A DNA stretch of 32,000 nt from Methylorubrum extorquens (GCA_900234795.1 LT962688.1:1140001-1172000); one strand, 5' to 3'. Shown: positions 16,367 through 25,227, counted from the first letter of the stretch. The notes: a model not told the origin generated them from the sequence alone. Made by a program: numbers and translations.

Positions 16367-16567
16367 TCAGATCAAAGCACTGATCAGGGTGGTTGCACCG
16401 ATCAGGACCACGCAGGCGCCGATTTGCACGACACGAAAGATCTCGCCGGACGGCCGTCGGTTGTCGTTCGCAGCGCGGCTGCATGAGCGCAGCATGTAAC
16501 GGTCAAGATTCGGCTCCGGGAGCTCGATCCACTGCTCTTCAGGCTGGCGAACCTTGGCGATTGACAT
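16367..16567 (-). CDS. small tail-anchored membrane protein (66 aa), hypothetical
   Basis: ATG 16567 follows gagga plus an 8-nt spacer. MSIAKVRQPEEQWIELPEPNLDRYMLRSCSRAANDNRRPSGEIFRVVQIGACVVLIGATTLISALI has one C-terminal TM helix. A GC hairpin (gccgtgcg..cgcacggc) follows the stop. The tracked 161-aa ORF upstream of this ATG is low-GC and unlikely to be coding. Confidence 0.5.
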   Translation of the reverse strand: MSIAKVRQPEEQWIELPEPNLDRYMLRSCSRAANDNRRPSGEIFRVVQIGACVVLIGATTLISALI

Positions 16568-16855
16568 GAAAACTGTCCTCGAAGTCGTCGGCGGGGGTGA
16601 GCCAACGCTTTTGACCACGCTGGAACCTTGTCGGCCGGTCGCAGCGCCGCCGAGGATTAACCCGATGATCCCCGCCGTGTCCATGCAAAATAGAACAGGA
16701 TACTGGGTATTATAGCACCATAATGCAAAATGCTCGGGGCTCAGGCCTCGCAGCGCCCGATACATGCGTCCAGCGAATATCTGGCATTTGGTGCTTGGTA
16801 TACCAGAACGGCCCCGTTGGTGGCACATACGCTGCAACGCAACAAACCGCACGGG

Positions 16856-17080
16856 ATGCCCACCATGATCTCCCTGGCTCTGCTCGCCGCCCTCACTGCC
16901 GGCGTCGCCAACATCGCTCTGGTCACCCTGGTGGCCAACCGTCTCGGTCCGAAGGCCGATACCGCTGCTGCCGGCGAGTTCGCGGCCGTCGGCGGGGCTG
17001 CGCCTGCTTCCGCGAAGCGCGCCGCCGTCAAGATCGGCAACGAGAACGTCCTGCCCGTCGGCGCCCAGCGCGCCGCCTGA
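16856..17080 (+). CDS. small membrane protein (74 aa), hypothetical
   Basis: ATG 16856. MPTMISLALLAALTAGVANIALVTLVANRLGPK... has an N-terminal TM helix and an Ala-rich tail. Third-position GC is high, and a strong intrinsic terminator follows 34 nt after the stop. Confidence 0.55.
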   Translation: MPTMISLALLAALTAGVANIALVTLVANRLGPKADTAAAGEFAAVGGAAPASAKRAAVKIGNENVLPVGAQRAA

Positions 17081-17113
17081 GCGCCCTCGACCCTACACGA
17101 GTGCTGCACGTAC

Positions 17114-17147
17114 AAAGAGCCCTGCCGGGTCCCGGCAGGGCTCTTTT
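17114..17147 (+). terminator. rho-independent terminator
   Basis: aaagagccctgccgg-gtc-ccggcagggctctttt: a perfect stem of about 13 bp followed by a T run, directly after the 74-aa ORF and upstream of metG. Confidence 0.75.
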
Positions 17148-17305
17148 GCGTCTTCATAAGGAGCGCCGCTTCGGGCCGGATGCGGGCGGCGCGGCGCCCT
17201 CCTTCGCGCGCCGGCCTCCGGCGCCCGGCAGGCCGGTTGCGTCGCGGGACGTTGCGCGCCACAAGGCATGACAGTCCGACCTTCGCATCCGGGACATCTT
17301 CTGAC

Positions 17306-18874
17306 GTGAGCGCGAGCGAGAAGGCGAACGAGCCCTTCCTCATCACCACGGCGATTTCTTACCCGAACGGCGCGCCGCATATCGGCCACGCCTACGAGGT
17401 GATCGCCACCGACGCCATCGCCCGCTTCCACCGCCTCGACGGGCGCGACGTGCTGTTCACCACCGGCACCGATGAGCACGGCCTCAAGATCCAGCAGACG
17501 GCGTCCCGCGCCGGCGTCACGCCGCGCGCCTTCGTCGATGACATGGCCGGGCGCTTCAAGGCCGTGGCCGACCGGCTCGACTGCAGCTACGACCGCTTCA
17601 TCCGCACCACGGAAGCCGACCACTACGCCGCGGCCCAGGAGCTGTGGCGGCGGATGGAGGCCAACGGCGACATCTACCTCGCCAAATATGCCGGCTGGTA
17701 CTCGGTGCGCGACGAGGCCTATTACGACGAGGCCGAGACCGCGCTCGGCCCCGACGGCAACCGCCGCTCGATCAAGACGGACACGCCCGTCGAATGGATG
17801 GAGGAGGAAAACTACCTCTTCCGTCTCTCAAAGTACCAGGAACCCCTGCTCAAGCTCTACGCGGAGCAGCCGGACTTCCTCGGCCCTGAGACGCGGATGA
17901 ACGAGGTCGCGAGCTTCGTGCGCTCCGGCCTCAAGGATCTCTCGATCAGCCGCACCACCTTCGACTGGGGCGTGCCGGTGCCGGACCGGCCGGGCCACGT
18001 CATGTATGTCTGGGTCGATGCCCTGACCAACTACCTGACGGTGACGGGCTTTCCCGATGCGCAGGCGCCGAACGCCCGGTTCTGGCCGGCGAGCCTGCAT
18101 ATCATCGGCAAGGACATCGTCCGCTTCCACGCGGTCTACTGGCCGGCCTTCCTGATGTCGGCCGGGCTGCCGCTGCCCAAGCGCGTGTTCGGCCACGGCT
18201 TCTTTCTCAGCCGCGGCGAGAAGATGTCGAAGTCGCTCGGCAACGTGGTCGATCCGCTCGATCTGGTCGGCACCTACGGCGTCGATCCGGTGCGCTACTT
18301 CCTCCTGCGCGAGGCGCCGTTTGGCAGCGACGGCAATTACGACCACGAGGCGATCATCAACCGCATCAACGCGGACCTCGCCAACGACCTCGGCAACCTC
18401 GCCCAGCGCTCGCTCTCGATGATCGCCAAGAACTGTGAGGGCACGGTGCCGGAGCCGGGTGCCTTCACCGAAGCCGACGAACGCCTGCTCGCCGCCGCCG
18501 CCGCCCTGCCGGAGAAGGCACGGGGGCTGATGCAGAATCTCGCCCTGCACGCGATCCTGGCCGAGATCTGGGCCGTGGTCGGCGAGGCCAATCGCTACTT
18601 CGCCTCCGAAGAGCCGTGGAAACTGCGCAAGTCCGATCCGGCGCGCATGAACACGGTGCTCTACGTCACGGTCGAGACCCTGCGCCGGGTCGGCCTGATG
18701 GTGCAGCCCTTCGTGCCGACGGCGGGCGCGGCCTTGCTCGACCTGCTCGCCGTGCCGGTGAATGCACGCAGCTTCGCTTTTACCGGCGCCGAGCACCGCC
18801 TGCAGGGCGGCACGGCGCTGCCCGCCCCGGCCCCGATCTTCCCCCGCTTCGAGAAGCCGGAGGCGACGGCCTGA
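17306..18874 (+). CDS. metG: methionine--tRNA ligase
   Basis: GTG 17306 in frame. [19 protein letters not shown] (HIGH motif), [17 protein letters not shown] (KMSKS motif), and an anticodon-binding helical C-terminus. About 522 aa, typical of alphaproteobacterial MetRS without the C-terminal dimerisation appendix. Confidence 0.93.
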   Translation: MSASEKANEPFLITTAISYPNGAPHIGHAYEVIATDAIARFHRLDGRDVLFTTGTDEHGLKIQQTASRAGVTPRAFVDDMAGRFKAVADRLDCSYDRFIRTTEADHYAAAQELWRRMEANGDIYLAKYAGWYSVRDEAYYDEAETALGPDGNRRSIKTDTPVEWMEEENYLFRLSKYQEPLLKLYAEQPDFLGPETRMNEVASFVRSGLKDLSISRTTFDWGVPVPDRPGHVMYVWVDALTNYLTVTGFPDAQAPNARFWPASLHIIGKDIVRFHAVYWPAFLMSAGLPLPKRVFGHGFFLSRGEKMSKSLGNVVDPLDLVGTYGVDPVRYFLLREAPFGSDGNYDHEAIINRINADLANDLGNLAQRSLSMIAKNCEGTVPEPGAFTEADERLLAAAAALPEKARGLMQNLALHAILAEIWAVVGEANRYFASEEPWKLRKSDPARMNTVLYVTVETLRRVGLMVQPFVPTAGAALLDLLAVPVNARSFAFTGAEHRLQGGTALPAPAPIFPRFEKPEATA

Positions 18875-18923
18875 CGCCGCCTCCCCGCATCGCTCCTTCC
18901 CCAAAGAATCCGCCAAAGAGACC

Positions 18924-19722
18924 ATGCTGGTCGACAGCCACTGCCACCTCGATTTCCCGGACTTCGCGCAGGACATTCCGGGTGTGATCGCCCGCGCGGC
19001 TGAGGCCGGCGTGACGCGCCTCCTCACCATCTCGACGCGGGTCGCCAAGGCCGACAGCTACCGCGCGCTCGCCGAGGCGAACGCGGCGGTCTGGTACACG
19101 GTGGGCACCCACCCGCACGGCGCCGCCGAGGAGCCGGACGTGCCGGCCGAGGCCATCGCCGCGCTGGCCGATGCCCCGCGCTGCGTCGGCATCGGCGAGG
19201 CGGGGCTCGACTACCATTACGAGGACGCCGCACCGGAGGCGGTGCAGGAGCGGGTGCTGCGCGCCCATATCGAGGCCGCCCGCCTCTCCGGCCTGCCGCT
19301 GGTGATCCATTCCCGCGACGCCGACGCGCATATGGAAGCGGTGCTCACCGACGAGATGGCAAGGCGGCCGTTCAAGGCGGTGCTGCACTGCTTCTCATCC
19401 GGCGCGCGGCTCGCTGAAGTCGGGGTCGAACTCGGCCTGTCGGTCTCGTTCTCCGGCATCGTCACCTTCCGCCGCTCGGACGCTTTGCGCGACATCGCCC
19501 GCAGCGTGCCCCCTCGACCGCATCCTAGTCGAGACCGACGCGCCGTTCCTCGCGCCCGAGCCGCACCGGGGGCGACGCTGCGAACCCGCCTACACCGCCG
19601 ACACCGCCCGCGTGCTGGCCAAGGCGCTTGGCCTGCCCTTCGAGGAGTTTTCCGCACGCACGACGGCGAATTTCTACCGGCTGTTCTCCAAGGCCGCCGC
19701 GATCGACGGAATCGCCGCATGA
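18924..19722 (+). pseudogene. TatD-family metal-dependent hydrolase, +1 frameshift as read
   Basis: ATG 18924. MLVDSHCHLDF, GEAGLDYHY, LVIHSRDA and LHCFSSG are read in one frame up to ...RDIARSVP. After the C5 run at 19509-19513 the +1 frame continues LDRILVETDAPFLAPEPHRGRRCEPAY...FYRLFSKAAAIDGIAA, with TGA at 19720-19722. With C4 the protein is a continuous ~265 aa. Confidence 0.85.
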
Positions 19723-19738
19723 GGATGGGGGAGGGCGC

Positions 19739-20557
19739 ATGCCGAGCTTAAGCTTGCGCATCCTCGGCTGCGGCTCGTCCGGCGGCGTGCCGCGAGTCGG
19801 TTACGGCTGGGGCGCCTGCGACCCGGCCGAGCCGCGCAACCGCCGCCGACGCTGCTCGCTGCTGGTGGAGCGGCGCCAAGGGGACGGAAACGGGGGAGGG
19901 GGCACCACGACGGTGCTGGTCGATACCTCGCCGGATCTGCGCGAGCAGCTCATCGACGCCGGCGTCACCCGCCTCGACGCCCTGCTCTACACCCACGCGC
20001 ATGCCGACCACACCCACGGCATCGACGACGTGCGCCCGCTCGTGATCCACATGCACCGGCGCATCCCGGTCCATGCCGACCCCCTCACCCACGCGCACCT
20101 CATGAAGCGCTTCGGCTACGCCTTCGAGACGCCGCCGGGCAGCCTCTACCCGCCGATCCTCGACCTGCACGAGATGCGGGCGGATGAACCGCTGACCATC
20201 GCGGGTGCGGGCGGCCCGATCGTGGCGGACGCCTTCCGCATGGAGCACGGCAACGAGATCGCCCACGGCTTCCGCTTCGGCCCCGCCGCCTACGCGCCGG
20301 ACGTGAGCCTGATGCCCGAGGCGGCCAAGGCCCGCCTGCACGGCCTCGACCTGCTCATCATCGATGCCCTGCGTGAGACCCCTCACCCGTCGCATTACTC
20401 GGTCTCGGACGCGCTCGCCCTGATCGAGGAGGTCGCGCCGCGCCGCGCCATCCTGACGAACCTCCACACCGATCTCGACTACGCGACACTGGCCAAGAAG
20501 CTGCCGGGACACGTGGTGCCGGCCTATGACGGGCTGACGGCGACCGTCGATCTCTAG
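19739..20557 (+). CDS. MBL-fold metallo-hydrolase (PhnP-like family commonly found after tatD)
   Basis: ATG 19739 follows gggggaggg. LRILGCGSSGGVPR, and the metal-binding motif YTHAHADHTHGIDD. Confidence 0.85.
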   Translation: MPSLSLRILGCGSSGGVPRVGYGWGACDPAEPRNRRRRCSLLVERRQGDGNGGGGTTTVLVDTSPDLREQLIDAGVTRLDALLYTHAHADHTHGIDDVRPLVIHMHRRIPVHADPLTHAHLMKRFGYAFETPPGSLYPPILDLHEMRADEPLTIAGAGGPIVADAFRMEHGNEIAHGFRFGPAAYAPDVSLMPEAAKARLHGLDLLIIDALRETPHPSHYSVSDALALIEEVAPRRAILTNLHTDLDYATLAKKLPGHVVPAYDGLTATVDL

Positions 20558-20659
20558 AGCATCATCCCGAAAGGTGGTTGCCGGCTTTCGGAAAAAAATG
20601 TTGCAAGAACAAAAGGTTAGAGCATCGTCCTGGATCCGATATCCAAGACGATGCTCTAA
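20555..20659. repeat. structured intergenic repeat element (two hairpins) between convergent genes
   Basis: tagagcatcatcc...ccgaaag-gtggttgccgg-ctttcgg...aaaaaaatgttgcaagaacaaaagg, then ttagagcatcgtcctggat-ccgat-atccaagacgatgctctaa (a 19-bp stem with one mismatch). There is an internal direct repeat tagagcatc(a/g)tcc. It is low-GC relative to its flanks. From memory it resembles a repeat family widespread in Bradyrhizobium, Rhodopseudomonas and Methylobacterium intergenic regions (unverified). Confidence 0.6.
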
Positions 20660-20665
20660 AGAAGA

Positions 20666-21058
20666 TCAGGGCCTTACGGTCCGCATCTCCGGCCGGAAGA
20701 ACAGCCCGGATTTCAGGCTGTCGCCGATGCGATGCGCCCGCTCGACGAGGATCCCCGCGATCTCAGGCACGAAGACCTCCCTGGCGGTCTCCTCGAATAG
20801 CCCGAGCCAGCGCGCGAAATGCGCAGGGTTGATCCCCTTGATGCCGAGGTGGCGGCCGAACGGGTTGCCCTTGTAGCGGCCGGTCTTGAGCAGCACCGAG
20901 GACCAGAAATCGTGGATCGTGGCGAGATGGCGCGGCCACGCCTCGTCCGGAATCTTGGCCGCGAAGACGGGGCCGATCAGCGGATCGCGGCGCACCCGGG
21001 CATAGAAGGCGTCGAGGAAGGCGGCCAGAGCCGCTTCGGTGAGTTCGGCTTGCTTCAT
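20666..21058 (-). CDS. group III truncated haemoglobin (globin-like, trHbP type)
   Basis: 130 aa. LAAFLDAFYARVRRDPLIGPVF...WPRHLATIHDFWSSVLLKTGRYKGNPFGRHLGI..INPAHFARWLGLFEETA matches the group III 2-on-2 globin pattern as I recall it. Confidence 0.8.
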   Translation of the reverse strand: MKQAELTEAALAAFLDAFYARVRRDPLIGPVFAAKIPDEAWPRHLATIHDFWSSVLLKTGRYKGNPFGRHLGIKGINPAHFARWLGLFEETAREVFVPEIAGILVERAHRIGDSLKSGLFFRPEMRTVRP

Positions 21059-21125
21059 GCGACAGCGCGGGCTGTAACGGCGCGGGGAAGGGGCTTCATG
21101 CCTGCGAAAGCCGCCCCTGCCCCGG

Positions 21126-21929
21126 TCAGTTCCGGGCGATCGAGGGCTGGATCAGGCCGGCGCCGACGAGGATCTGGGCGGCGGCCGCCTTGGCGAGCTG
21201 GCGGTAGCCGGCATCGGTCATGTGCAGGCCGTCGGGGCCGATCATCTGGGCCGGGGTCATCAAACCGTGCGAGACCCAGGACTGCATCAGGGCACGGCGG
21301 CGGATTACCGGCACGCGCAGTTCGGTGGCGAGCGCGTGCAGAGCCTCGCCGTAGCGCTCGGCGCCCTCCATGCCCGAGAGCTTGCTGCACCATTGCTGGT
21401 CCATCAGCACCACGTCGGCCCCCGTGGCGCGGATCGCTAGGATGCCCGCGCGGGTCAGTTCGACGAAACGCTCCAGCGGCACCCCGGCGAGCGGATCGTT
21501 GCTGCCGGTCTGCCAGACCACAAGATCCGGGCGCTCGGCCAGCACGTCGCGCTCCAAGCGCCGCGCCATCGCCTCGGCGGTGTCACCGCCCTTGCCGCGG
21601 TTGATCACGGTGATCGAGCGCCGGCTCGACGCGCCGATCTGGAGGCGCTCCTCCAAGTCGCGCTCCAGCAGGGCAGGGTAGGCCATGGCCGGTGACGACG
21701 CGCCCGCCCCTTCCGTCGAGGAGGAGCCGAAGGCCACGATCCGCACATCGCCGTCGCGCCCGAGCTGTGAGGCGAGCCGTGCCAGCTTCGTCGGCAGGCG
21801 CTCGACGGACGCCGGCATCTGCGGTGCCACGACCGGCGGCGCATCGGGCTGCGCGCGGGCACCGGACAGGCCGAGCGGGCCGGCGAGGGCGGTGGCGAGG
21901 ATGAGACCAGAGAGCGGGCGGTGGAACAT
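21126..21929 (-). CDS. secreted SGNH/GDSL-family hydrolase
   Basis: Signal peptide MFHRPLSGLILATALAGPLGLSGARAQ. Block I IVAFGSSSTEG, block II NRGKGGDT, block III WQTGSND, block V PDGLHMT. Confidence 0.8.
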   Translation of the reverse strand: MFHRPLSGLILATALAGPLGLSGARAQPDAPPVVAPQMPASVERLPTKLARLASQLGRDGDVRIVAFGSSSTEGAGASSPAMAYPALLERDLEERLQIGASSRRSITVINRGKGGDTAEAMARRLERDVLAERPDLVVWQTGSNDPLAGVPLERFVELTRAGILAIRATGADVVLMDQQWCSKLSGMEGAERYGEALHALATELRVPVIRRRALMQSWVSHGLMTPAQMIGPDGLHMTDAGYRQLAKAAAAQILVGAGLIQPSIARN

Positions 21930-22289
21930 GGCGAAACGTCTAGCAGCCGATTCTGTTTCCCGATGTCTCCGACTGTTGCCCTATGATTGTGACGATTGCG
22001 AGGGGTTCGATTCGATAGGCCGGATCGGCATCGGAGGGACGAAAACCAGGAAATTGCCGGGGATTTATGGTTAACAAATACCTGCAAGGGTATCTGCCCC
22101 CGCTCTCGGGTTCCATAATATATCTTATGCGAACGGCTTTGATGGGCCGCGAAAGACGTGAACGGGCGCCGGATCCACGGCCTGAGACGGCGCGCAGCCA
22201 CCCTGTCGGACGCATGAGCCTGCTTCAGCCTTGCGCCTCCCGCAAAGGCGCCCTGCCCCGGCCGACTGTGACGGCTCGCAGACGCTCGG

Positions 22290-23189
22290 TCAGGCGTCCG
22301 TGGGACCGGTGACGAAGACGAGGCGCACCACCGTGCCGCACTCGTTGGCATAGGTCAGCGTGCCGTCGAGCTGGCCGGCGAGCCCCTGAACGATCCGGAA
22401 GCCGAGGCTGCGGCTCGTGTCCGGATCGAAGGTCGCGGGGATGCCAGGCCCGTTATCGGCGATGCTGAGCGACGCCTGCCCGGCTCCGAGGGTTTCGAAC
22501 CGGATGGTGATGGTGCCGCGCTCGCTCCCGTGGAAGGCGTGCTTGAGGGCGTTCGTCACCACCTCGACCACGAGGAGCGACAGGGTGGTCAGGCGGGCGA
22601 GATCGAGGCGCACCGGTGGCGCATCGACGAGGCAGACGATGTTGCGCGCGCCCGTCGCGTCGAGCAGGTCGGAGCAGAGCTCCTGCAGGTACTGGCCCAC
22701 GGGCTGGTCGGCTCGCGCCGGGTCGTAGAGGCGGCGATGGATGCGCGCGATCGTCTGCAGCCGGGCCTGCGCCTCGTCGAAGACGTCGGCCGCCTCCTGC
22801 GGATTGTCGATGACCTTGCGCTTCTGAAGGGCGAGGAGGGCCGCCACGAACTGCATGTTGTTGGCGACGCGGTGCTGCAGCTCCTGAAACATCGTGCGCT
22901 GCTGCTCGTAGAGTTGGGCGCTCACCGCCCGCTCCGCATTCAGCCGCTCACCCGCGACGCGCATCAGGTGGATGAGCGTGATGTCGACCGTGACGATGAA
23001 GGCGTAGAAGCCGAGTGCCAGCGCGGTCTGCGCATCGAACAGAAAGACGTTCGCTTCGCCGATGAAGAAGTACCACGCGGCGAGCCCCGAGAGCACCGCG
23101 CAGACGATCCCGGGCCGCAGGCCGAAGAAGAACGTCGTCAGGATCACCGCCGGAAAGAAGGTCAGGAACGGGAAGCCCGGCGGCAGCAC
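22290..23189 (-). CDS. sensor histidine kinase, HisKA_2/HWE-type, membrane N-terminus (DUF4118-like); the true start probably lies upstream
   Basis: H-box FQELQHRVANNMQ, N-box VVTNALKHAF, G1 IADNGPGIP. The frame stays open and native-looking (RLPAPPWFGEVAALGATGIAIALRHALDDV) upstream to a TAA at 23348-23346, with no in-frame ATG, GTG or TTG. See the finding on the G4 run at 23294-23297 and the ATG at 23307. Confidence 0.85.
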   Translation of the reverse strand: MLPPGFPFLTFFPAVILTTFFFGLRPGIVCAVLSGLAAWYFFIGEANVFLFDAQTALALGFYAFIVTVDITLIHLMRVAGERLNAERAVSAQLYEQQRTMFQELQHRVANNMQFVAALLALQKRKVIDNPQEAADVFDEAQARLQTIARIHRRLYDPARADQPVGQYLQELCSDLLDATGARNIVCLVDAPPVRLDLARLTTLSLLVVEVVTNALKHAFHGSERGTITIRFETLGAGQASLSIADNGPGIPATFDPDTSRSLGFRIVQGLAGQLDGTLTYANECGTVVRLVFVTGPTDA

Positions 23190-23629
23190 GTCGTCGAGCG
23201 CGTGGCGCAGGGCGATGGCGATCCCCGTCGCGCCCAGGGCAGCGACCTCGCCGAACCACGGCGGCGCGGGCAGCCGTCCGGCGGCAAGGGCGAGGGGAGG
23301 ACGGCATCTGGAGGGGAAGGGTCCGCAATGTGATTCGAAAGAACTTTATCCGGTTTTCAGGCCCGATCTGTGTCCCGCCCACCGCGGTGCAGGTTTTTCC
23401 GCCCGTCGTTCGGGCCGGGGCGGATGAGATGAGGCACAACCCTCAAAGCCATGCTCGATCGCGCTGCAATCGTACACGGTTCTAAGTTCTTCGACTTCCG
23501 CGCTTTTGCACACCCGGCAGGCATCCATTTCGGCGCAGGGCGATCTATTTCGGGATGGGCTGCGACCGGAGCAGCGCCCTCCCCCTCGCCTCTCGCTGTA
23601 CTTGCCGCTGTCCTTCCCTCTTCCCCGGT

Positions 23630-24562
23630 TCAACGGCCCGGAGATCGTGCCGCCCGCCGCCCGGCGATCTCGGCGATGAGGATGCCGCCGAGCACGAGGA
23701 GCAGCGCCAGCGTCTCGGCCCCGCCGAAGGGTTCGCCCGCCAGCAGCACGGCGAGCCCCGCGCCGAAGACCGGCACGAGGTTCACGAACAGCCCGGCCCG
23801 GTTCGGGCCGATCAGCTCGACGCCGCGGATGAAGGACAGCTGCGCCAGCAGCGAAGGACCGAGCGCGACGAAGGCGACGATGGCCCAGGCCGTCGCGGTG
23901 GTGGGCCAGATCGCGTGACCGAGCGCCCATTCGGCGGCGAGCGGCGGCAGCGAGGTGAGGAAGGCGGCCAGCGCCAGCGCGGTGAAGAAGGCGAGCCCCG
24001 ACACGGCGGGGCGCCCGGCGAGCGCCACGGTGTAGCCGGCATAGACGAGACTCGCAGCGAGCATCAGCCCGTCGCCGCGGTTGAGGCCGAGATGCGCCAG
24101 CACCGCGAGATCGCCGTGGGTCGTCGCCACCGCGACACCCACCAGGGTCACGGCGGCACCGATTACCTGCCCTGCCCTCACCGGCACGCGGCGCACGGCG
24201 CGGTTCAGCGCCATGACGAAGACGGGAACCGCCCCCTGGATCAGGGCGACGTTGACCGCGCTGGTATAGGTGCCGGCGGCGTAGAACAGGCTGGCGAAGA
24301 TGGTGAAGCCGCACGCCCCCATCAGGAACAGGTAGGGCCAGCGCTGTACCAGCCGGTCCCGGTCCGCCAGAACCTGGCGGCGCGCCACCACGAGCAGCAC
24401 CGCGAAGGCGAAGGCCCAGCGCAGCGTGGTCAGCACCTGCGGCGAGACCTCCCCGACCGCCCACTTGCCGGCCACCGTGTTGCCCGCCCAGAGGAGGGTG
24501 GTCAGCGTCAGGATCGGGTAAGCCGCCGCGGAGGCGCGGGCGCCGGTGGTGCCTTGGGTCAC
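23630..24562 (-). CDS. DMT-superfamily (EamA-type) transporter
   Basis: About 10 hydrophobic helices in two EamA-like halves (LLWAGNTVAGKWA...; ...GPNRAGLFVNLVPVFG). The probable start is GTG 24562, 17 nt after the upstream stop. The tracked start at 24631 would overlap the PIN-like gene. Confidence 0.85.
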   Translation of the reverse strand: MTQGTTGARASAAAYPILTLTTLLWAGNTVAGKWAVGEVSPQVLTTLRWAFAFAVLLVVARRQVLADRDRLVQRWPYLFLMGACGFTIFASLFYAAGTYTSAVNVALIQGAVPVFVMALNRAVRRVPVRAGQVIGAAVTLVGVAVATTHGDLAVLAHLGLNRGDGLMLAASLVYAGYTVALAGRPAVSGLAFFTALALAAFLTSLPPLAAEWALGHAIWPTTATAWAIVAFVALGPSLLAQLSFIRGVELIGPNRAGLFVNLVPVFGAGLAVLLAGEPFGGAETLALLLVLGGILIAEIAGRRAARSPGR

Positions 24563-24578
24563 GCTGGAAGGATCGCTC

Positions 24579-24980
24579 TCAGAACCGAAAGGTCGCCACG
24601 GCGGGAAGCCGCTCCTCGACAACAGACCCATCGACGATCCTGCGAATCGTCCGGGTACCGTCGATTTCGATCACGATGTGCTCGCCGGGATTGGCGCGTC
24701 GCAGGGTGTCCGCAATATCCTCGATCCTTTCGATGATGGCGCGGCGCCGATTGTGCGGCAGAGCCACAACGGCGAGGCGCTTCCCCTGCAAGCTCTGTTG
24801 ATCCGCGATGTTCTTGTCGTTGGTGACGAGCACATCGTACCCCTCGGCCTCGCACGCGCGGATGAGGACGCCGTTGCTCAGCGATATCCACTTACGCGGG
24901 AACCGGGAAGCATCGATCCCTTGTTCGATCAGGGCGCTCGCCAGGTGCCGGGGCACGCCCTCGTCGATCACCACCTTCAT
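24579..24980 (-). CDS. PIN-like (DUF5615-type) putative toxin
   Basis: 133 aa. MKVVIDEGVPRHLASALIEQG...GYDVLVTNDKNI... resembles the DUF5615 pattern (LLDENLP..L...L......VLVT.D.DF, from memory). It lies 6 nt downstream of a DUF433-type ORF on the same strand. Confidence 0.65.
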   Translation of the reverse strand: MKVVIDEGVPRHLASALIEQGIDASRFPRKWISLSNGVLIRACEAEGYDVLVTNDKNIADQQSLQGKRLAVVALPHNRRRAIIERIEDIADTLRRANPGEHIVIEIDGTRTIRRIVDGSVVEERLPAVATFRF

Positions 24981-24986
24981 ACGACG

Positions 24987-25227
24987 TCATGCTGCCCGTG
25001 GCGCGGCGAGCGAACGGGCGGTGAGTTCGAGCACCGCCACGACATCACTTCTGTCGAGGCTCTCGTACTCGTCCAGGATCTCATCGAGCGAGAGGCCGTC
25101 GGCAAGGTTCTCGAACAGCACCTCCACAGGCACGCGCGTTCCCCCGGAAGACGCGCCGCCCTCCCATGACGGTGGGATCGGAGGTCACCAGTTCGTCGAG
25201 ACGGAGTCGCGTCGCGGTCTCACGCAT
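24987..25227 (-). pseudogene. DUF433-type putative antitoxin, +1 frameshift as read (absent from the ORF track)
   Basis: My translation from ATG 25227 gives MRETATRLRLDELVTSDPTVMGGRRVFRG, then runs out of frame to an early TGA. With one base fewer in the C5 run at 25141-25145 (G5 on the coding strand) it reads ...VFRGTRVPVEVLFENLADGLSLDEILDEYESLDRSDVVAVLELTARSLAAPRAA*, 79 aa. That is the canonical DUF433 core (MGG.P.I.GTRVPV...L..G.S.eEIl..YP.L...di). Confidence 0.7.

Noticed and set aside
10440-19048. Other long alternative-frame ORFs, e.g. 10440..11792 (-), 13601..14956 (-), 15163..16149 (-), 15275..16312 (-), 17828..19048 (-)
   Set aside because: Each lies antisense to, or out of frame with, well-supported genes (crp/potA, potC/tmk, holB, metG/tatD) and translates to low-complexity sequence.
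22004-22014. tRNA-like T-loop motif ggttcgattcg in the 360-nt intergenic region upstream of the SGNH hydrolase
   Set aside because: The flanking bases cannot form a T-stem (gaggg has no ccctc partner). No acceptor, D or anticodon arms can be drawn.
23346-23528. 60-aa ORF on the - strand (MDACRVCKSAEVEELRTVYDCSAIEHGFEGCAS...) between the DMT gene and the histidine kinase
   Set aside because: It has no SD. Only its first half has coding-like character. The Cys spacing does not form a recognisable zinc ribbon, and the C-terminal half is Arg/Pro-rich shadow-like sequence.
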